Source: a virus
Reading direction: 5' to 3' (one strand)
Length of the DNA stretch: 64,000 nt
IMG/VR virus record: IMGVR_UViG_3300035670_000059
Coordinates: 32,001-96,000 of that record
The notes under the pieces were generated by a model. That model did no database searches, was not told the DNA's origin, and saw only the letters and a list, made by a program, of their open reading frames with translations. Positions 58,858 through 64,000 of the stretch are shown in pieces (within the stretch, counting starts at the first letter, position 1; each line of letters begins with the position of its first letter). Position numbers and translations under genes: made by a program.

Positions 58858-59324
58858 ATTTAATTTTAGAAAATCCTACTAATATGTATAATCCGCAATA
58901 TGATGTTATCACGGATTTAAATTTATTAGAGTTGAACAGCAACAACAAATTATTCTGCACATTTACAGACCCGAAAAATCTGGATGTACTAATTGAGGAT
59001 ATAAAAGCAAAATACAGTATTATATATAATAAAATGTTTGTTTTGGAAATTATAGGTAAAGAGGAGTACGTCATTACCTACAATGTAGAACATGCAAACG
59101 TAAGCTATATACCTGAAAATACTATTTTGGTTCATAGAAAGAAGGAATCAAATACCCTATATACAATTAATGCTTTAAACGAGCTAATTAAAAAATTGAA
59201 TGGTGGTGTAGTTGATACTAAATTTGCTATTAATTGGAACCATTACAAGAATTGTATTTTGCTTACTCAGCACAATGAGTTAAACCAACTAAACACAAAA
59301 ATCTTTAAGATTATAGAAATATAA
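58854..59324 (+). CDS. Conserved hypothetical protein (start uncertain)
   Basis: NKLFCTFT...ITYNV...NTILVHRKKESNTLYTINALN. Confidence 0.65.
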   Translation: MNLILENPTNMYNPQYDVITDLNLLELNSNNKLFCTFTDPKNLDVLIEDIKAKYSIIYNKMFVLEIIGKEEYVITYNVEHANVSYIPENTILVHRKKESNTLYTINALNELIKKLNGGVVDTKFAINWNHYKNCILLTQHNELNQLNTKIFKIIEI

Positions 59325-59325
59325 T

Positions 59326-59356
59326 TTGGATTTCAGGAAAAGGGTTATTACATTTA
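59326..59356 (+). promoter_or_regulatory. Bacteroidota-type -33/-7 promoter
   Basis: TTGG-N19-TACATTTA upstream of the SSB gene. Confidence 0.6.
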
Positions 59357-59383
59357 GGGTTGTAAACATAAACAGTTATATCT

Positions 59384-60244
59384 ATGGATTTATCACTATT
59401 GAAAAAGAAGTTAGATGGTCTTCAACAGAAAACATCACCTAAGGAAAAAACCGATTACTCTAAAATTTATTGGTCCCCTAAGGTAGGAAAACAACAAATC
59501 CGTATTGTTCCTTCTGCTTTTAATAAAGCAAACCCGTTCACGGAACTTAAAATTTATTACGGTATTACAAACAAAGTTATGATTTCTCCTTTGAATTTTG
59601 GAGAAAAGGATCCGATTGCTCTATTTGCTTCAAAACTTAGAGGTGAATACAACAAGGAAAATTTCGTACTAGCTAAAAAACTTGACCCTAAAGTTCGTAT
59701 TTTTGCTCCCGTAATTGTACGTGGTGAAGAAGATATGGGTGTTAGATTGTGGCAATTTGGCAAGCAAGTGTACGAGGAATTGATCAGCCTAGCTGTTGAT
59801 GAAGAAATTGGTGATTATACCGATATTGTAAATGGTAGAGACATTACTGTTGATACTGTAGGACCGGAATCAACTGGTACCCCATACAATAAATCTTCAG
59901 TACGTGTTAAGTTGAAAACCTCCCCATTGAGTGAAAATAAAGCTCAAGTAGAAAGTTGGTTGGCCGAACAACCTAACCCAACAGATTCATTTAAGAAATA
60001 TACGTTTGATGAAATGAAATCTGCTCTGGAAAAATGGTTGTCTCCTGGAGATGAGGCTGAAGAAGGTGATATAATTGACGAGGCTAATGATGGCTTTGAA
60101 GATGAAGCTCCGGTTAGCAAGTTACCTTGGGAAGAAGAACTCGAAACACAACCTAAAAAACAAGCCAATTATAGCTTGAACACTACTAAAGTAAAACAAT
60201 CTAAAGGAGATCAATTCAACGCCTTGTTTGAGGACGAAGATTAA
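59384..60244 (+). CDS. Single-stranded DNA-binding protein (T4 gp32-like)
   Basis: YWSPKVGKQQIRIVP; LWQFGKQVY; GDYTDIVNGRD; acidic tail ending FNALFEDED. Confidence 0.8.
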   Translation: MDLSLLKKKLDGLQQKTSPKEKTDYSKIYWSPKVGKQQIRIVPSAFNKANPFTELKIYYGITNKVMISPLNFGEKDPIALFASKLRGEYNKENFVLAKKLDPKVRIFAPVIVRGEEDMGVRLWQFGKQVYEELISLAVDEEIGDYTDIVNGRDITVDTVGPESTGTPYNKSSVRVKLKTSPLSENKAQVESWLAEQPNPTDSFKKYTFDEMKSALEKWLSPGDEAEEGDIIDEANDGFEDEAPVSKLPWEEELETQPKKQANYSLNTTKVKQSKGDQFNALFEDED

Positions 60245-60249
60245 CATTT

Positions 60250-61332
60250 ATGGCTAAAAAAAGAAACACATCACTTTCCGCGGCAGTGTCCGCGGAAATT
60301 AAATCTAACTTTGATCTAAGCAAATTTAAAACCAAGAAAGGCTTAGATAAAAACGTTAAATTTAAAGACCAACAGTGGATTCCTTTATCTCCTGCTTTTC
60401 AAGAAGTTAGCTCTATCCCTGGAATCCCTATGGGTCATATTGTTATGCTCCGAGGACATTCAGATACAGGTAAAACAACTGCAATGATTGAAGCAGCGGT
60501 ATCAGCCCAAACCAATGGTATTTTACCAGTATTCATCATTACAGAAATGAAATGGAACTGGGACCATGCAGTGCAAATGGGATTAGACATTAATATTACT
60601 CGAGATCCAGAAACAAATGAAGTTATTGACTATGAAGGTAATTTTATTTATGTTGATCGAGAAACATTAAATTCCATTGAAGATGTTGCCGCATTTATCA
60701 TGGATTTGTTAGATGAGCAGAAAAAAGGTAATCTACCGTATGATCTGTTGTTTTTGTGGGACAGTATTGGTTCTATTCCTTGTGATCTATCAATTCGTTC
60801 TAACAAAAATAATAACGAATGGAATGCAGGTGCTATGTCAACTCAATTTGGCAATAACGTAAACCAAAAGATTGTAATGTCTCGTAAAGAATCATCACCT
60901 TACACTAACACACTTGTGGTAGTAAATAAGGTATGGACTTTAAAACCCGAATCACCAATGGGTCAGCCCAAACTGATGAATAAGGGTGGGTATGCAATGT
61001 GGTACGATGCAACATTTGTAATTACATTTGGAAATGTTATGTCAGCCGGTACTAACAAAATCAAAGCCATTAAAAATGGTAAGGAAGTAGAGTTTGCTAA
61101 ACGTACAAATCTTCAAATCGATAAAAACCACGTTAATGGTATTACTACCAGAGGTAAGATTATCATGACACCACATGGTTTCATTATGGATGATGAAAAA
61201 GCTATCAAAGAATATAAAAATATGTACGCCGAAGAATGGGCTCGTATTTTAGGTGGTGGCGATTTCTCTATAATTGAAGAAAGCGAAGAAGCAACAATTA
61301 CTGTATCTCAGTTCGCACACGAACCCGAATAA
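60250..61332 (+). CDS. recA: RecA/UvsX-like recombinase
   Basis: GIPMGHIVMLRGHSDTGKTT Walker A; LFLWDSIGS Walker B; KGG.AMWY; IDKNHV. Confidence 0.85.
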   Translation: MAKKRNTSLSAAVSAEIKSNFDLSKFKTKKGLDKNVKFKDQQWIPLSPAFQEVSSIPGIPMGHIVMLRGHSDTGKTTAMIEAAVSAQTNGILPVFIITEMKWNWDHAVQMGLDINITRDPETNEVIDYEGNFIYVDRETLNSIEDVAAFIMDLLDEQKKGNLPYDLLFLWDSIGSIPCDLSIRSNKNNNEWNAGAMSTQFGNNVNQKIVMSRKESSPYTNTLVVVNKVWTLKPESPMGQPKLMNKGGYAMWYDATFVITFGNVMSAGTNKIKAIKNGKEVEFAKRTNLQIDKNHVNGITTRGKIIMTPHGFIMDDEKAIKEYKNMYAEEWARILGGGDFSIIEESEEATITVSQFAHEPE

Positions 61333-61333
61333 C

Positions 61334-62377
61334 ATGAAACACAAAGAACTATTTAAACTTCTTGATGATATCAAGGAGGAGGGGAATGAATCCTTACCTA
61401 AAAGACACGATAGAGTTTTATTGATAGATGGATTAAATCTATTCTTTAGAAACTTTGCAATGTTAAACATGGTAAACCCCGATGGGATTCACGTTGGCGG
61501 ATTAGGTGGGTTCCTCCGTTCACTAGGTTCTTTAGTTAAACAAATTAATCCCACCGCTGTTTATGTTGTATTCGATGGGGCAGGGTCTTCTAGCAATAGA
61601 AAGAACCTTGTCCCCGAGTACAAATCTGAACGACACACTCAAAGGGTAACTAACTGGGAAATATTTGATAATCTGGATGACGAACACGATTCTAAAATTG
61701 ATCAAATTGTACGTTTAATCCAGTATTTAAAGCAATTACCTGTTAAAACCCTAGCCATTGATAAGGTAGAAGCAGATGATATAATTGCTGTGTTATCTAT
61801 GGATTTGGTTAAAAAATACAATTCCACAGTATTCATAGTTTCCTCAGACAAGGATTTTATTCAACTAGTAAATGATAAAGTTGTAGTATATCGTCCAATG
61901 GAAAAGGAATATTACAGCCCTAAAACAGTAGTAGAAAAATTTGATGTACTAGCTGAAAATTTTATTCTTTATAAAACACTACTTGGGGATGCTTCCGATA
62001 AAGTGCAAGGAGTTAAAGGATTGGGTGATAAAGGTATATTTAAAAAATTCCCTGAGCTAAAAACTCAACCACTTACTTTAGATGATATATTTGAAATCTC
62101 GGCTAGGAAATTTAAAGACCATGTAGTATATTCAAGAATATTACAAGATCAAAGACGATTAGAGACCAATTATAAGATTATGGATTTGTCAAAACCAATG
62201 GTAGATGAACGAGACATAGCTTATATTAACAATATGGTTGAATCTGATCTACCTGAACTTAATTCTAAGAACTTTACTATAATGTACGAGGAAGATAAGT
62301 TGGGTGGTATGATTAAAAACGTAGATTATTGGTTGAAGGATAATTTCTTACATTTTAAAGGTTACAAAAATAAATGA
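61334..62377 (+). CDS. 5'-3' exonuclease / flap endonuclease (T4 RNase H-like)
   Basis: LLIDGLNLF; VFDG; YKSER; EADDII; SSDKDFIQL; GDASDKVQGVKGLG; ATG 61334 preferred. Confidence 0.9.
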   Translation: MKHKELFKLLDDIKEEGNESLPKRHDRVLLIDGLNLFFRNFAMLNMVNPDGIHVGGLGGFLRSLGSLVKQINPTAVYVVFDGAGSSSNRKNLVPEYKSERHTQRVTNWEIFDNLDDEHDSKIDQIVRLIQYLKQLPVKTLAIDKVEADDIIAVLSMDLVKKYNSTVFIVSSDKDFIQLVNDKVVVYRPMEKEYYSPKTVVEKFDVLAENFILYKTLLGDASDKVQGVKGLGDKGIFKKFPELKTQPLTLDDIFEISARKFKDHVVYSRILQDQRRLETNYKIMDLSKPMVDERDIAYINNMVESDLPELNSKNFTIMYEEDKLGGMIKNVDYWLKDNFLHFKGYKNK

Positions 62378-63741
62378 CGCTTTCAAGCTTATCACAGTAC
62401 GGACACGATTTTCAAATTAAGGTATTATCCTCTCTATTAACACATAAAGAATTTCTAATAAACATCCATGACATTATCTCGGATGAATATTTTGACAATC
62501 AAGCAGTAAAATGGTGTGTTGGTGAGATTTTAAATTACTTTGATAAGTACCATACAGTTCCTACTCTAGAAATTCTTAAAATTGAATTACAAAAAGTAGA
62601 AAATGAGGTACTGCAGATATCGATCAAAGATCAACTTAAACAAGCTTATATTTCCTCAGATATAGATTTACAATATGTGCAGGAAGAGTTTACAAATTTC
62701 TGTAAAAACCAACAATTAAAGAAAGCGCTATTAACATCTGTTGATTTACTTAAGGCTGGAGACTTTGATGGTATTAGAAATTTAGTAGATAATGCTTTAA
62801 AAGCAGGTAATGATAAAAATTTAGGACACGAATATGTTAAAGATATTGAAGATCGCTATAGAGAAGACTCAAGAGCTACTATACCTACGCCTTGGGAACT
62901 TATTAACAATCTACTCCAGGGCGGACTGGGAAATGGAGATTTTGGCCTTATATTTGGCAATCCAGGAGGTGGAAAATCTTGGTCTCTAGTAGCCCTGGGG
63001 GGATATGCCGTAAAGTTAGGATATAATGTTTTACACTATACTCTAGAACTAGGAGAAAATTATGTTGGTAAACGATACGATGCATTTTTCTCTAAAATTT
63101 CGGTTACTAAAATTGATAGTTTTAAGCATAAAATAGAGGAATTAATTCCCCAATTACCAGGACAACTTATTATAAAAGAATTTCCTACTGGTAAAGCTAC
63201 GATTTCCACAATTGAATCCCATATTAGCAAATGTTCAGATTTAGGTGTTAAACCTGATCTTGTTATAATAGATTATGTGGATTTGTTGTCTTCCAAGAAA
63301 AAGAATCGTGAGCGTAAGGAAGAAATCGATGATATTTATCAAAGCACCAAAGGACTGGCTCGTCAATTGAACATACCAATTTGGTCTGTTTCACAAGTCA
63401 ATAGATCTGGTGCGCAAGATAAAATTATTGAAGGGGATAAAGCAGCAGGATCATATGATAAAATGATGATTACTGATTTTGCAATATCTCTTTCGAGAAA
63501 AAAAGAAGATAAAGTAAATGGCACAGGACGGTTCCATATTATGAAAAATAGATACGGGGCAGATGGTTTAACATTCATGGTAAATGCCGATACTTCAACT
63601 GGGCATTTTGAGGTAACAGAATACCACGACCAAGATGAAGAAGACAAACCATCCCCCAAATCTAAATCTAATCCTTTTGACAATGTAGATAACTACGATA
63701 AAGAATTATTAAGGAAGAAATTCTTTGAACTAAACGACTAA
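62374..63741 (+). CDS. dnaB: Replicative DnaB-family helicase (T4 gp41-like)
   Basis: GNPGGGKSW Walker A; YTLEL; IIKEFPTG; IIDYVDLL; WSVSQVNR; KNRYG. Confidence 0.9.
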   Translation: MTLSSLSQYGHDFQIKVLSSLLTHKEFLINIHDIISDEYFDNQAVKWCVGEILNYFDKYHTVPTLEILKIELQKVENEVLQISIKDQLKQAYISSDIDLQYVQEEFTNFCKNQQLKKALLTSVDLLKAGDFDGIRNLVDNALKAGNDKNLGHEYVKDIEDRYREDSRATIPTPWELINNLLQGGLGNGDFGLIFGNPGGGKSWSLVALGGYAVKLGYNVLHYTLELGENYVGKRYDAFFSKISVTKIDSFKHKIEELIPQLPGQLIIKEFPTGKATISTIESHISKCSDLGVKPDLVIIDYVDLLSSKKKNRERKEEIDDIYQSTKGLARQLNIPIWSVSQVNRSGAQDKIIEGDKAAGSYDKMMITDFAISLSRKKEDKVNGTGRFHIMKNRYGADGLTFMVNADTSTGHFEVTEYHDQDEEDKPSPKSKSNPFDNVDNYDKELLRKKFFELND

Positions 63742-63755
63742 ACAATATATTAAAT

Positions 63756-64000
63756 ATGAGCAAACTTACAGAACCCCGTCATTTTTATAAGCCATTTGAG
63801 TACCCACAAGCATTTGAATACTATAAAAACCAACATAGAGCACACTGGCTTGCAGATGAGGTACCATTAGCCTCAGATTTGAACGACTGGAGATTAAATT
63901 TAAATGAAAGTGAAAAAAACCTAATCGGAAATATTTTAAAAAGTTTTGCTCAAACTGAAGTACACGTGAACGATTACTGGTCAAGTAAAATTTCACAATG
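63756..64000 (+). CDS. nrdB: Ribonucleotide reductase class I beta subunit (runs off window end)
   Basis: MSKLTEPRHFYKPFEYPQAFEYYKNQHRAHWLADEVPLASDLNDW...ILKSFAQTEVHVNDYW. Confidence 0.88.
   Translation, partial: MSKLTEPRHFYKPFEYPQAFEYYKNQHRAHWLADEVPLASDLNDWRLNLNESEKNLIGNILKSFAQTEVHVNDYWSSKISQ

Noticed and set aside
614-63996. Minus-strand ORFs and short nested + strand ORFs in the track
   Set aside because: They lie inside well-supported + strand genes and read as antisense or off-frame shadows with no recognisable motifs. 63766-63996 is antisense to nrdB.
1-64000. Stop-codon reassignment
   Set aside because: Core genes are full length in code 11, and TAA, TAG and TGA all occur as plausible terminators.

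Overview
This AT-rich window comes from a large tailed dsDNA phage with a T4-like morphogenesis plan and a contractile tail. All credible genes are on the + strand in standard code 11. A Bacteroidota host is inferred from TTGG-N19-TAnnTT promoters, A-rich starts lacking Shine-Dalgarno sites, and a Q-rule signal peptide. Layout: (1) 1-11.6 kb holds acidic/basic modular proteins with recurring L/I/V-x-E sites (putative head cargo), two repeat-flanked cassettes, an FAD oxidoreductase, a GIY-YIG endonuclease, a cytidylyltransferase, an AAA kinase and a spanin-like pair. (2) 11.6-26.7 kb holds TerL, portal, prohead protease, scaffold, major capsid, HNH, PhoH and neck genes. (3) 27-42 kb is an array of paralogous fibre genes sharing a ~300-nt core, a conserved 23-nt internal DNA motif and paired 3' ends. 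(4) 42.7-56.8 kb holds sheath, tube, tail chaperone (candidate +1 frameshift), tape measure and baseplate genes. (5) 56.9-64 kb is the replication block: short PolA-like protein, HNH, SSB, RecA, 5'-3' exonuclease, helicase and partial NrdB. The strongest candidates for undescribed systems are a DNA-motif-punctuated fibre shuffling array and a protease-processed capsid-cargo system with a shared R(M/W)QxLAGI tag. All family assignments come from motif recognition by eye; no database search was run.
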